A DNA stretch of 64,000 bases, taken from assembly GCA_964016885.1 (NCBI GenBank), contig OZ024741.1, forward strand, positions 187,798,001 to 187,862,000. The letters are read 5' to 3'. The notes below the pieces were generated by a model, which ran no database searches, was not told the DNA's origin, and was given only the letters and a program-made list of their open reading frames with translations. This document shows positions 31,316 to 44,959 of the stretch, piece after piece. Numbering within the stretch: position 1 is the stretch's first letter; the number at the start of each line of letters is the position of its first letter. This DNA is from Eledone cirrhosa. Its lineage: Eukaryota. Position numbers and translations under genes: made by a program.

Positions 31316-31507
31316 TACACACACACGCACACGTGTGCGTGTGTGATATAATATATCATATAATATGTATACGTGTGGCGGGGATTGTTCATATACATGT
31401 ATGGATGTATCTAAATAAATATATATATTAGAAAATAGAATAGCTTTCACCGTATTTTTGACTAAAGAAATTTTAGCCCAAAGGGCAATCACGAAAAAGA
31501 TAGATGG

Positions 31508-32000
31508 CACTGGGGAGGACTAGAAAAGCTGAAACTTTACTCACTCCAACGTCGCCGTGAGCGTTATATTATCTGCATGATGTGGAAAATGTTTCATCAG
31601 CACTGCCCAAATGATGTTGGCATCACCTTCAAAATACACCCAAGGCTTGGGCCACGTGCTATCCGTCCCAAACAAAAATCTAAATCGCAACTGATAACAA
31701 CAATACGGCACAATTATTTCACCTCAATTGGCCCTGCTCTCTTCAACATCACACCAGGACACGTCAAAACAGAAACTGACCACACAAAATTCAAGAAGTC
31801 TTTGGACAAATTCCTCCAAGTAATCCCGGACAAACCACCCACACCCGGATATGTCTCCGCAAACAGTAATTCTCTTCTCGAATGGGCCATGGTGCCCAAA
31901 TCCTGAATTGAAAGATTTCGCCAGGTGGTGCTATTAAGTTAGACATGGCCTGGGCCAATACTGGCCAAAACATTTCAAAGTTATTCAAAGTTATTCAAAG
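31508..32000 (+). mobile_element. CR1-clade LINE 3' end with (ATTCAAAGTT)n-like tail
   Basis: LEKLKLYSLQRRRERYII..WK...GPALFN..FKKSLDKFLQVIPDKP..NSLLEW. Confidence 0.85.
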
Positions 32001-32041
<41 letters not shown>

Positions 32042-32048
<7 letters not shown>

Positions 32049-32285
32049 CTTTGGGAGGGTCGGAGGGTCATGCTGCCAATAAAAACACATGCGCCTGTTA
32101 GTTTTCACTTCAATTTATTATAAATTTCCCGTTGACTGGTTGGTTCGATAATCGGATGGTTGTTTATATATTGTCAAAGCTCTTTCGTCACACATTCTGT
32201 GACCTCATCAGTGACTGGGCTTTTTATTTCTCGTCTCTCCTGTTCTGTCCTACACCATCTTGTTTTTGTGTGTTGCGTTGTGTAT
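32042..32285 (-). mobile_element. Solo pLTR fragment of family D, with HHR at 32173-32215
   Basis: Similar to 26602-26870; reverse complement reads gtca-CTGATGA-ggtcacagaatgtgtgac-GAAA-gagc-TT-tgac. Confidence 0.8.
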
Positions 32286-32331
32286 ATATGTATATCTATA
32301 TTGAAACGCCACACAACACACACATATGTAT

Positions 32332-32373
<42 letters not shown>

Positions 32374-32376
<3 letters not shown>

Positions 32377-32544
32377 AACAAATGATGATATTTGTTTTTG
32401 AAATGCGCATAATAAAATACATGGAACTCTTTTAACCATCTTTTGTTCTTATATATTATGTATACTCCAGTCCTACAAACTGTAGAGTGCTTCTTATTCG
32501 ATATCTATCTGCATTGCTTTATTGTACTACAATAAAACTTACCT

Positions 32545-32548
<4 letters not shown>
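32374..32548 (+). mobile_element. pLTR 3' fragment of family B
   Basis: Matches 15637-15800, including GAAATGCGCATAataaaata. Confidence 0.8.
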
Positions 32549-32591
<43 letters not shown>

Positions 32592-32678
32592 TTATACATA
32601 TGTATACATAACGTGTGTGTCTGTCTGTCTGTTTATGTATATAATAATAATAATGATATTTACTATAGACACAAGGTC

Positions 32679-32856
32679 ATTGTTTCTACTTTTGGCACAA
32701 GGCCACCAATTATCCCAGTGCATTACTGGTACTTTATTTATCGACCCCGTTAGGATGAAAGGCAAAGCTAACCTCGTTGGGATTTGAACTCAGAACGTAA
32801 AGAGCCATAACTCTATGCTGCAAAGTATGGTGTCTGACGCTCTTCCAATACTGTCA
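32679..32856 (-). mobile_element. tRNA-derived SINE
   Basis: Conserved core. Confidence 0.85.
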
Positions 32857-33299
32857 AATCTAAACTATAATAAAGTATGAAGCGCGGGACTGCGTACGGT
32901 TTATAATTTTTTATCTCATTAGTAAAATAAGTTGGATTACTTTGAATAAATAATGAATGAATATTACATAATTTATCTACTAAATTTCGTGGCTGTTCAT
33001 TAAATATATTTTATTATTTATTTAAAGATTCACTTTTTTAATATTTTCAAATGTCAACACTTCCGGTGGCGATCGCTTAAATAAACATATTATTTTTCTG
33101 TCACTAATTTTCTCCTAATGTAATTTATATATAATATCGTTTTTTTTTTTAGTGTATCATGGATTACGTTACTGATTTTATTTGACGTATCATATCTACA
33201 TGTATATATACTTGCGTATAATATCAATATACACACTACACATGCTAGCAGAAAACCACCCAAAGGTGGTTTTTCTGCTAGTAATATTAATAATGATAA

Positions 33300-33489
33300 T
33301 AATTGTTTCTACTTTAGGCACAAGGCCAGCAATTACCCAGTGCATTACTGGTACTTTATTTTATCAACCCCGTAAGGATGAAAGGCAAAGTCAACCTCGG
33401 CGGGATTTGAACTCAGATCGTAAAGGGACGTAACTATGCTGGAAAGCATGGCGTCCGACCCTCCACCGAGACTGCCAATCCACTGCCCT
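33300..33489 (-). mobile_element. tRNA-derived SINE
   Basis: Conserved core. Confidence 0.88.
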
Positions 33490-33514
33490 AATAATGATAA
33501 TAATGGTTTCTGAT

Positions 33515-35420
33515 GCTTGAACTACGTATACAGAGTGCACTTTATAACTTTCTTGGGAGGACAAGTGTGTCGGTCTTTGCAGCACTGATTTTCATTCCTG
33601 CTGTGCAGTACTCGGTAGCATAACTTATCTAATGCATGTCGGTGATCACTTTCCGACGAGTTAAGTAGTACTATGTTGTCTGCAAATTCCAGCCGACTGA
33701 TCCTACACCCATCGGTTTTGATATCACTTCCAACCCGGCTGTGCAAGTTAATCCTCTTCATGAAGATTATGAAAAGGAGAGGCGACAATACGCACCCTTG
33801 GTAGAGTCTGACATCCACATTGAAGGGACTTAGCGCTATTTATTAGAACACTAATACTAGAGCATCAAGGAAAGAAGAATCTGTCAGTCGATACCGTGGA
33901 ACCCAGACGTATGCTTTTTCGAGTTCCACGTAACAAGTATACACATCTTGACATTACTCCCATGATTTCTCGAAAACCTGCCGTAGACTGAACATTTGAT
34001 CGGCTATGCTACGTCAGGGGTGAAAACCACTGTGTTAGCGAGCTTGGACTTGATAATATAACCTCGTCTTTTTGTCTCACACACGAAGGCTTAATAATGA
34101 GATTCACCTATAATTAGAACAATATTTCTTGTCTGTCTTTTCAGAAAACCAGGCCACCCGGCATACACTAGTCTGCCATAGCATACCTTTTCTATTTAAG
34201 GCTTTTAGCACCTCAGGCCGAATTTCTTCTCCGAAGTGGCTTTAATTGTTCTGGTAATCTCAGCTATCAAGAGGTTAGTCTTCGTATTTAGATGTGACCG
34301 AATCTTGTCAGCAAAATATTCTCTCCTACTGGCCGGGATTCACCTCTCTTCGAGGAAAAAAACAACAGCCGAGTTCTTAATAGCAGGCTTAGTGGAGGAC
34401 TTATTATTACGAAATCAGTGGATGGTCTGCCAGAACACTTTATTTGCTGATCGAAAGCCAGAACCTAGCGTAAATCCATAGTCCTATCGTGTTTTCACCT
34501 TGGACGCCCTTACTGTCTCTGATGCAACTTTTCGCACCTGCTTGACACTGTGAGGGCAAAAAGCTTTGTAATCCCCCTTCTTTGCTCGGATAGCACCGAG
34601 ACGCTTTCAACCACAGTATTTAACAGATCAAGTAGAAACGGCCGAGCTGAACAGTTTCCACTCCGCTTAAAGGCCCTCAGTCTGTTCAAAGAGTTCTCTG
34701 AATTTGGATGCAATAGTATCCGCATACCTTGTCCTGGCCTTCCCATTAGCCAGCTCTTGCTACTTTATCCTGAAGGCCGAGCTGGACCTGCAGATTTTGT
34801 AGGCTTTCTTGACTTTAGGTAGTTTCGGGATGCAGATAACTAGATGGTGATCAGTTGACAGCTCAACCCCTCACTTTACACAAATATTCAGCAAAGTATT
34901 GACGAGATCAGAAACATCTTTTTAAAAATCAATTACTAACCTCTGCCCGAGATTTATTTTATACTAGTCATGGATATCTTTGTGATGGTGTTCACAACAG
35001 AGAGACCATTACTAGAACAAAGGTCTAATAAGGGCTCCCCGTTCACTTTCTGATCGGGATCGCCGTTACTTCCAATCACATCATTCTATGTCAAGTGATA
35101 GGTGCCAATATGTGCATTGAAGTTTCATAGGATACACGACTCAGTCATAACTACATCAAACACTGCAGTGGCTTCATCAAGGATCTGTATTCGGATTCTC
35201 TGTTTACACATAAACTTGCACCATCCACAGAGGCCTTCTTTTCGCCCTATGCTTCAAGTGGCAAATCCTCTCTCCCAATGAGATCCATTCTATAACACAT
35301 TCCGATAACCGGGGACTTGAGAATATCCGAACTCCCGCCGGTGCAACTGTTTTTGGCACCAGACCTGCCTAGACGAGGCTGGCCTGGTGCGAAACAACAA
35401 CATGGACAAGGTTGGAATAC
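33515..35420 (-). mobile_element. Degenerate RTE LINE (APE endonuclease + RT)
   Basis: LYQGCVLSPLLFIIFM..LEFADNIVLL (RT); DHHLVIC and FNAHIG endonuclease motifs upstream; many stops. Confidence 0.8.
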
Positions 35421-36299
35421 CTTTCATCATCATCATTATCACTATAATCATGCTCACAATTACTACCATCACCCTTAACTGATTTTCCTCCTTTCCTCAT
35501 CATCATTATCACTAGCAGCACTGGAATTTTACTTTACTAGAATTTTTTTCAACACGCTGATGTCTATGGATGTGTGTATGTGCATATGCATACATTTATA
35601 TGTATGAGTATATAAATATAAACGCGCAAACACAGACACACTTACAAAAATACACACTCACACACATACATTCACATAAATACACGTACATTCACGCAAG
35701 CACACACATACATTCACACAAACGCACATACACGTACATTTACATAAACACACACATACACTCACGCACAGCGTAGCAAATGGAACGCCAGATGCTGTTT
35801 TGCTATAGTTTTCTCACTATCCCCTTCCTTCCTTTTACACACACATGCGCACACACTGTGTGACGGACGGAAGTCGCTCATTTTTTTTAATATAGATTGT
35901 ATTCATATGTCTAGTGAATGTTAGAGGCTGTTTTCTCTAGTTTGCCTTCCTCAGTCATCACTAGTGTGTGACGTCACCACCCCTTCCTTCCTCAATCATC
36001 TCTAGTGCGTGACGTCATCACCCCTTCCTTCCTACAGTTGCTGCTACCGCCACCACAACCGACACTACCACTACTGCCACTACAATGAGTCTTGGAGCAA
36101 CGCTTGTTATTGCAGTTTTCGCGTCGTGAGCTCGAAACTGCGGCATCGGCTGGTGAAATGGTGTCCAACAACTGCATCGGATAATGAACAACTAAAAAAT
36201 TGGTAGATAAGATAGATATCTTTCTTTATAAGATAGATAGAAGATAGGAGAGGAGAGAGGAGAGAAGACAGATGAGAGAAGACAGAAAGGGAACGATGG

Positions 36300-36540
36300 A
36301 AGAAGAAGAAGAAGAAGAAGAAGAAGAAGAAGAAGAAGAAGAAGAAGAAGAAGAAGAAGAAGAAGAAGAAGAAGAAGAAGAAGAAGAAGAAGAAAAGAAA
36401 AAGAAGAGAAAATAAGAAAAAGAAGAAAAAGAAGAGGAAAAAAGAAAAAGAAAAAGAAAAAAGAAGAAGAAGAAGAAGAAGAAGAAGAAGAAGAAGAAGA
36501 AGAAGAAGAAGAAGAAGAAGAAGACAACAACAACAACAAC
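36300..36540. repeat. (GAA)n/(CAA)n microsatellite
   Basis: Direct observation. Confidence 0.95.
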
Positions 36541-36833
36541 TCCTAATCCCCTTTAATACTTAGTTTTGTGCAAACACAGAGAGTTATGCGTGTTATCCAA
36601 ATCTAATTTCAACACAAGATCGAACCCCAGTACTTGTCAGTTACTGTATTTTATCGACCCCGAAAGGATGAAAAGCATAGTTGACCTCGGCTGTAAAAGG
36701 ACGGAACTCTATGCTGTAAAGCATCGCGTCCAACCCTCTACTGATACTACCAATCCACACATATATACATGTAATATCAAGTAGTTAATTAATTCACCGT
36801 TTTTACAAAGTGTAATATTATACAAACGTACGC

Positions 36834-36902
<69 letters not shown>

Positions 36903-36939
36903 GTCACATACACACACACGAGTTACACTCGAGATGTTT

Positions 36940-37640
36940 TGAGGCTCGATGTGCAATAAAGTTTTGTCAAGCTCGGAAAAAAACGCAGCAGAAACCTATG
37001 AAATTGTGAAACCTGCTTACGGATTAACTTGCTTGAGCCAGGCTACTGTTTTCCACTGGCATACGAGGTTCCAGAAGGGCAGGGAGAAGGTGAGGGATGA
37101 CAAGAGGTGTTGCAGGGAGAGGAACATCAGAACGCCAAAGTTAATCGACAAAATTCACAAATTTCTGGACGAGGACCGTCGTGCATCGCTTCTGACGATT
37201 GCTAAACAATTTGCAGTCATTTATGGCGATCTGAACATGGACAAAGTTTATTCCCAGGGTGTTCAATAAGGATCAAAGGCAGTGGGAATGGTCGAGTGGA
37301 TCGCTTCGAATCCAAGTGTCCTTGAGGGACTGGTAAATTGTGACAAGAGCAAGGTCTATTGCTACGATCCAGAGAACAAGAGACAGCGTGCCCAGTGGAA
37401 ACATTCTGACTACCCAAGACCCGAGAACGCCAAGTAAGCAGGTCCACTCTGGAAGCTCATAATGAGCCCATTCTTCGATAGCAAAGGCATCACCTACATC
37501 CACTGGCCAGAGAATCAACAAAGAGTACTATGAGAGGTTTTGAGGCCCTTCAGAATGAGATTTCATCGCAAGAGACCAGAACTCTTCAAGTCTGGTTAGT
37601 GGCACCAGCACCAGGAGAATGCCCCTGACACAAACCGATC
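36940..37640 (+). pseudogene. Mariner (DD34D-type) transposase remnant
   Basis: KNAAETYEIVKPAYG..LSQATVFHWHTRFQKGREKVRDD (HTH); VNCDKSKVYCYDPENKRQ..QW; FFDSKGI; HQENAP*H; frameshifted. Confidence 0.85.
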
Positions 37641-37659
37641 CTGGTGGCCAATTAATATT

Positions 37660-40085
37660 ACTCTATTACATGTTCCAGCCGAGAGGCTGATGCGATGCTG
37701 GGATACTGTCATTGACGCAACAATTTCTATAGACAGCCTTCCCTTGTTGGCCTTTGATGCAAAGAGGAGTTTGTTGTTGCTGCTCTTATTTGTGCTTCGC
37801 CGCATGCTGTGGGTTCATCCGGGATCTTTGTCAGTAGAATGTCGAGCTACCTCTTGAAAGCATTTATATGCACACCATGTAGATCACTCAGATATCTTGC
37901 TGGGGTCTTTTGAATCCCAGGCTATTGCAGTATACTGTCCTTATTCTTGATGCGACGGATGGGACCTTTGGCACTACACAGTGGCGACCTGTTCCTGGGC
38001 TACTCCAGCCTTCAATGCTGAAGTTTTAAGCTAACCTTTACAGGATCTTCCAATCGTATATTACTGCGTATCCCTCCCGTCTTTGCTCCAGGGAGTAAAG
38101 CTTTAGTTTTTTCAGCCCCTCCCAGTATCTCATCTCTCTCATTGTGGAAATCTTCTTGGTGTAGCTTCGTTGGATTGCTTCAAGTTCTGCTGTTAGTTTG
38201 GCACTGTGGGGTGACCATGGCTGAGAGCAATAGTACAGCCGGCTGCGGACGAAAGTCTTCCAGAGTACCAACTGGCTTCCGAGTCTCTTGTCCTGAATTT
38301 CCTCAGAATCCAACCCACCAATCGTCTGTACATTACCGTCATTTTGGGGATGTGTTCATGAAACGATGCATCATTGCTCATATCAATACCTAGGTCCCGT
38401 ATTGTTTTAACTCGGAGATTTCGATTCGTCCTGTTCCAGTGTACGTTGGTTGTGGTGGTCCTATGTTTGTGGGTTGATAGCGGAGCGCTTGAAACTTACC
38501 TACATTAAATTGCATATTGATGTCTTTAACCCATCCGTATATCTATATACTACTAAAACTTTGTGATTGCTTGCTTGCTTGCTTCCTTGCTTGTCTGTAA
38601 TGTGATACAGCCAAAAGGGCGCATAATGGAAAAATACTTTGAAAGAAAGTTGACCCTGAAATAGGAACACAAATGGAACAAAACAAGTTGCGCCTAAATC
38701 GGAGAAAGAGTTCCCGAGGTATGGGGTTTTTCCGGGTACCTTCATAAACAGAGAGAGAGAAAGATATAGAGGAAGAGATAATGGTTGTGAGAGAATAGAT
38801 TGAAAGAGAGACATAGAGAGAGGGAGAGGAGACAGAGAAGGAGAACGGAAGACAGAGAGATATGTTGATGCTGTTGTGTGTCCCCTTAATATATTTTATT
38901 TCTCATTCTTTCTTCTGATGAACGACTAGCAGTCCGAAACGTTAAGACCCTCTTCCTGCTATATCAAGCGTTAACCTAATATATATACCTTCCATATACT
39001 GTACCGATTGTGTTGTTATTTCTGTTTTCCTTTTACATACATACATACATATATATATATATACACATACACATACATATATATATATGTATACACACAC
39101 ATACATTTATATATATACATACAGTTCCGTATATATATATGAGCCTTCCGGTTTCATTTCACATTATATACATGTCTGTGTATATTTTAATTATTTAAAC
39201 ATTATTTTTAAGTAAACATGATTTTTTAAAAATATTTTGAAGTGAACGTGATCCAGCGGGTCACTGATGGTCTAGTAGCATCAGCCGGTTTCTTGATTGC
39301 CTGTGCTACTTTTGTATCATCAGATTAGCTTGTGAGGGAGGTTCTCCGTATTACAAAGGGCATGTCTGAGAGAGCCACCACAAAGAATAGAGACCCCAAA
39401 ATAGTTTCCTGGAGCATGCCGCTTGTTATTGACATTTCCTCTTAGAGGGCCTCGCTGACTGCAACAGTCTGGCTTCTGTCTTTTAAGAAGTCATGAAGCC
39501 ATTCATCTAGTTTTCCAGCTATGCCAAAGCTACGTAGTTTGTGACATATCATTCCATGGTCAACCTTGTCGAAGGTCTTCGCAAAGTCGAGATATATCAC
39601 TTCTACGTTCAAACACAGTCTAGCAGTTGCTTCAGTATCCAGTCATAGTTTTGTAAGAGTTGCATAAAACAACTTCTACTCGGGCGAAAGCCATGTTGGT
39701 GTCAGTTAGAAGATAATTTTCCTCTAGAAAAGTGATCAGTTTCCTTCTGGTGATTCATTCCACGACTTTGCTAATTTGTGAGGTCAGAGAGACAGGTCTG
39801 TAGTGTTTAGCATCTGCTCTGCTTCTTCCTTTATGGTTAGGACATATTATGCCTTCTTTTAGTGTTCCGGGTAGTTTACCATTTGCAAGGGATCTTTGGA
39901 AAAGGATCTGCAGTGGTTTTGCTAATGTTCTCTTGCATCTTTTTAGGATTGCTGGGAAACCATCAGGGCCATCTGCCGAATTTGATCGCATTTCATCTAT
40001 TGCTGATATTACATATTTCACCTTTATATCTATGTGGTTGATGGTTGCCATTTCTCTGTGTAATGCAGTTGTGTTTTTCCTCTCC
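37660..40085 (-). mobile_element. CR1-clade LINE RT, split by an insertion at about 38525-39245
   Basis: GPDGFPAILKRC..YRPVSLTSQISKVVE, YLDFAKTFDKVDHG, then resuming with MQFNVGKFQ..., VRSRLYYCSQPWSP..LEAIQR..LYSLEQRR. Confidence 0.85.
38911..38947 (+). ncRNA. Minimal type I hammerhead motif (family E)
   Basis: tctt-CTGATGA-ac gac tagca gtc c-GAAA-CG-TT-aaga; palindromic AACGTT in place of stem III. Confidence 0.6.
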
Positions 40086-40130
40086 AAACAATATTGTTGA
40101 CCTTGTGCCTAAATCAGAAACCATTGTCCA

Positions 40131-40340
40131 GGGCGGTGGATTTGCATTGTCGGTAGAGCGTTAGTCACCATGAGTTATGGAACTTTACGTTCTGGTTTCA
40201 AATCCCGTCGAGGTTAGCTTTGCGTTTTATCCTTACGGGGTCGATAAAATAGAAGTACTAATTATCGCACCGATGTCAATTTAACCGACTTTTCCCCTCC
40301 CTTAAAAATGTGAACTTTGTGCTTAAATCAGAAACCATTA
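40131..40340 (+). mobile_element. tRNA-derived SINE
   Basis: Head ggcggtggatt plus conserved core. Confidence 0.82.
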
Positions 40341-40420
40341 TTATTTCCACTTCTAATTCCGAAATTAATTAATTATTAATTTGATGCTTTTTTTTTTTTC
40401 GTCAAATTTATAATTATGAA

Positions 40421-40836
40421 TAATGGTTTCTTATATAGGCACAAGGCCAGCAATTTTGGGGGAGGAGAAAGTCGGTTAAATCGACTCCAGTGCGTGACTG
40501 GTACTTTATTTTATTGACCCCGTAAAGATGAAAGGCAAAGTTAACCTCGGCGGGATTTGAACTCAGATCATAAAGGGCCGTAACTTTATGCTGAAAAGCA
40601 TGGCTTCCGACCCTCTACCGATACCGCCAATCCACCGACCTTATAATTATGAATAATTGTTTCTACTTTAGGCACAAGGCCATCAAATTACCCAGTTCAT
40701 TACTGGTACTTTATTTTATCGACCCCGTAATGATGAAAGGCAAAGTCAACCTCGGCGGGATTTGAACTCAGATCGTAAAGGGACGTAACTATGCTGGAAA
40801 GCATGGCGTCCGACCCTCCACCAATACTGCCAATCC
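40421..40836 (-). mobile_element. Two tandem tRNA-derived SINE copies
   Basis: Conserved core present twice. Confidence 0.88.
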
Positions 40837-41029
40837 ATGAATAATAGAATGAAATGTATTGTGGTGGTGGTTTGTTACCCCCTTTTACGTTTTCAGTACA
40901 AATCCTACGCAGGTCAACTTCATATTTCATCTTTCCAGAGTCAATAAAATAAAGTACCACACAAGCAGAAGAGTTACGATATCAGGCACTAAACTGCTGG
41001 CCTTGTGCCTAAATTATTTTTTTGCCAAC

Positions 41030-42020
41030 GTCGTCGTAGTTGTTGCCGTCTTCGTTGGTGTTGTTGTTGTTGTCATTGTTGTCGTTGAGTTGTTGTGTTG
41101 AGTCGTCGTCGTTGTTGCTGTTGTTATTGTTGTTGTTGTGTTGAGTCGTTGTTGTTGCCGTCGTCGTCGTTGTCATCGTCGTCGTCGCTGTTGTTGTTGT
41201 TGTTGTTGAATCGTCGTCGTTGTTGTTATTGTTGTTGTTGTGTCGGCGTTGTTGTTGTTGTTGTTGTCGATGTAGAGCTTCGTCCTTTTTGTTGTTGTTG
41301 CAGTTGTCGTTAAGTCGTTGTTGCCGTCGTCGTTGTTGTTGTTGTCGTCGCTGAGTCGTTGTTGTCGTTGAGTCGTTGTTGTTGTTGTCGTTGAGTCGTT
41401 GTTGTCATAGTTGTCGTCGAGTCGTTGTTGTTGTTGTTGTTGTTGAGTCACTGTTGTCGTTTTTGTTGTTGTTGTTGAGTCGTAGTTGTCGTTTTTGTTG
41501 TTGAGTCGTTGTTGTTGAGTTATGTTGCCGTTGAGTCGATGTTGTCGTTTTTGTTGTTGTTATTGTTGAGTCGTTGTTGTCGTTTTTGTTGTTGTTGTCG
41601 TTTTTTGTTGTTGTTGAGTCATTGTTGTCGTTTTTGTTGTTATTGTTGAGTCGATGTTGTCGTTTTTGTTGTTGTTGAGTTGATGTAGTCGTTTTTGTTG
41701 TTGTTGAGTCGTTGTCATTATTGTTGTTCTTGTTGTTGAGTCGTTGTTGTCGTTTTTGTTGTTGTTGTTGAGTCGTTGTTATCGTTTTTGTTGTTGTTGT
41801 TGAGTCGTTGTTGTCGTTTTTGTTGTTGTTGTTGAGTCACTGTCGTCGTTTTTGTTGATGTTGAGTCGACGTTGTCGTTTTTGTTGTTGTTGAGTCGTAT
41901 TACCGTCGTCGTTGTTGATCTTGTTACCGTCATTTTTGTTGTAGTGGTTATTGCCGTCATTGTTGTTGTTGTCGTTGTTGTTGTTGTTGCCGCCGTTTTA
42001 TTTTTTTCGTTGTTGTTGTT
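41030..42020. repeat. (GTT)n-based degenerate satellite with TTGAGTCG units
   Basis: Direct observation. Confidence 0.92.
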
Positions 42021-42609
42021 GCCGTCGTTTTTTTTGTTTTTTTTTGTTGTATTTTTGACGTCAATTCGCTGATTAATGAATCACCAACCACTGTGTGTAC
42101 AATAAAAATGATAAAAGACCATCAACAGAGCAACTTCCAAGGTGAGATACACACAGTAACGTACTGACAATTGAAATAGTGGTGCGATGGCGGGGTGGGG
42201 GGTCGGAGACATCTTTATCTTAATAACATAGGTGGTGGGGAGAGAGGGAGAACCCCTTATCTTAATATAGGAAGGAGAGATAGGAAAGAAGAGAGGCAGA
42301 GTCGACAAGAAAGAGAGTGAAGAAAACGAGGAGGATGAGGAGAGGGGTGTGCAGGGGGAAAGGAAGAAGGAGAGGTGGAGGGAGATGAGAAGGAAAGGGA
42401 GGGGAGAAGAAAAGGAGAGGAGGGTGTGGACGGGGGGGGATGAGGAAGCTGAGAAGGAAAGGAGAGGAGGGTGGGGGGAGAAGAGAAGGAGGAAGAGGAG
42501 GAGGAGAGGAGAAGAGGAGGAGGGGAAAGGAGGATGAAGAGGGAGAGGGAGACGGAGGATGAGGAAGTGGAATAGAGGGAGCGGGAGGATGAGGTGGAGA
42601 GGTGGAAGG

Positions 42610-42800
42610 CGGAGGAGAGGAGGGAAGGCGGAGGCGGAAGAGCGGAGAAGAGGAGGGTAGGCGGAGGCAGAAGAGCGGAGGAGAGGAGGGAAGGCGGAGG
42701 CGGAAGAGCGGAGAAGAGGAGGGAAGGCGGAGGCGGAAGAGCGGAGGAGAGGAGGGAAGGCGGAGGCGGAAGAGCGGAGGAGAGGAGGGAAGGCGGAAGA
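42610..42800. repeat. 33-bp purine-rich minisatellite (about 5.5 copies)
   Basis: agggaaggcggaggcggaagagcggag(g/a)agagg repeated. Confidence 0.9.
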
Positions 42801-42857
42801 GTGGTAGAGATAGGAGAAGGAGAATGGAGAGGTCGAGGAGTAGAAGACCCTATACTA

Positions 42858-42936
42858 TTGGGTTGTAACATAAATTCCCGCCGTTGTTGTAATTTGTTTG
42901 TTTTAAAAGACGGCGGGAATTTATGTTACAACCTAA
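42858..42936. mobile_element. 79-bp mariner-type MITE (MADE1-like architecture)
   Basis: TA|ttgggttgtaacataaattcccgccgt ... acggcgggaatttatgttacaacctaa|TA; 27-bp TIR with 1 mismatch. Confidence 0.85.
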
Positions 42937-43458
42937 TATTTCTGACGGTACCTTTTATTCCTCTATTCGTTTATCACTTTCAATTCTTCTCTCTGACATT
43001 TTAGTCTTTCATTAGCTTTTTTTGTTTGTTTGTTGTTATTTTGGTTATTTTTGTTTATTCTAATATTCTATTTATTCATTTATTTATTCCTTCTCATCTT
43101 TCATTCTGTTATTCTGTTATTCTGTTATTCTGTTATTCTCTTCTTTCTCTTCTTCCACTCTTTTGTTGTTATTGTTATTTTGGTTATTTTTGTTTATTCT
43201 AATATTCTATTTATTCATTTATTTATTCCTTCTCATCTTTCATTCTGTTATTCTGTTATTCTGTTATTCTGTTATTCTGTTATTCTCTTCTTCCACTTTT
43301 GTTATTTTGGTTATTTTTTTCTTTTTCAAAATTAATCCTTTTTATTAATTGATTTAAGTATTTATTTTTTTTTGCTTTTTTTGCTTTTTTTGCTTTTTTT
43401 GCTTTGCTTTTATTTGGTTTGCAGTGATTTGTTTGTTTGTCTTTATTGTTGTTGATAT

Positions 43459-43459
<1 letters not shown>

Positions 43460-43500
<41 letters not shown>

Positions 43501-44655
43501 GGAGGAGGAGGAGGAGGAGGAGGAGGAGGAGGAGGAGGAGGGTGGGGAGGAGGAGGATGGGGATGAAGAAGGGGCTGATGATGATGATGATAATGATGAT
43601 GATGATGACGACAATGATAGGGATGATGAAGAGGAGGAGGAGGAGGATGGTGGTCGCGGCAGCTGCAGTGACAGTGGTGGTGCGGTTGTGGTCGCAGTCA
43701 TGTACATGATGATGATGATAATGAGGAGGCGGAGGTAGGTGGTGGAGCTGATGATGATGACGATGATAGTGTTTGTGGTGGTGGTGATAGTGGTTGGTGA
43801 TGATGATGATGATGATACTGGTGGTGGTGGTGGTGATAGTGGTGGTGGTGATGATGATGATGATGATGATGATGATAGTGGTGGTGGTGGTGGTGGTAGT
43901 GGTGGTGGTGATGATGATGATGATGATAGTGGTGGTGGTGGTGGTGGTAGTGGTGGTGGTGATGATGATGATGATGATAGTGGTGGTGGTGGTGGTGGTG
44001 GTAGTGGTGGTGATGATAGTGGTGGTGGTGGTGGTGGTGATGATGATGATGATAGTGGTGGTGGTGGTAGTGGTGGTGGTGATGATGATGATGATAGTGG
44101 TGGTGGTGGTGGTGATGATGATGATGATAGTGGTGGTGATGGTGGTGGTAGTGGTGGTGATGGTGGTGGTGATGATGATGATGATGATGATAGTGGGGGT
44201 GGGGTGGGGGTGATAGTTGTGGTGGTGGTGGTGGTGGTGATAGTGGTGGTGATGATGATGATGATGATGATGATAGTGGGGGTGGTAGTGGTGGTGATAG
44301 TGGTGGTGATGATGATGATGTTGATAGTGGTGGTGGTGGTGGTGGTGGTGGTAGTGGTGGTGATGATGATGATGATGTTGATAGTGGGGGTGGTGGTGGT
44401 GGTGATAGTGGTGGTGATGATGATGATGTTGATAGTGGTGGTGGTGGTGGTGGTGGTGGTAGTGGTGGTGATGATGATGATGATGTTGATAGTGGGGGTG
44501 GTGGTGGTGGTGATAGTGGTGGTGGTAGTGGTGGTGGTGGTGATGTTGATAGTTGTAGTGGTGGTGGTGGTGATAGTGGTGGTGATGATGATGATGATGA
44601 TGATAGTGGGGGTGGTGGTGGTGGTGATAGTGGTGGTGGTAGTGGTGGTGATAGT
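43460..44655. repeat. (GAT)n/(GGT)n/(GAG)n compound trinucleotide repeat
   Basis: Direct observation; open in several frames on both strands. Confidence 0.93.
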
Positions 44656-44959
44656 GTTCGTAGGAAGTCGGATGACGAGGAAGATGATGTTTAGGCTGAT
44701 AGCCGTGCTGAGAGACACTAGTGGGTAAAGTTTGGGGTATAGCGATGGCTCGGGTGCTGGTGGTTCTTCTATCCAATCAGCTACCAACACTTTTTCTTTA
44801 TAATAGATTAAAGATGTACAAATCAAAGTTCAAATCTCAGCAAAATCGACTTTGTTTTATTTTTACTATGTCGGTAAAAATCAATACCAGTTATATACTG
44901 AGGTCGAATAATTTGACTATACTGCTATACAAAAACTGCCTTGAACGAAAGTTACAAAT

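Noticed and set aside
43280-44826. His-, Pro/Ser- or Gly/Asp-rich proteins (e.g. a beak or cuticle protein)
   Set aside because: Trinucleotide repeats are open in multiple frames on both strands. Only the last ~150 bp is unique (WIEEPPAPEPSLYPKLYP) and could not be assigned.
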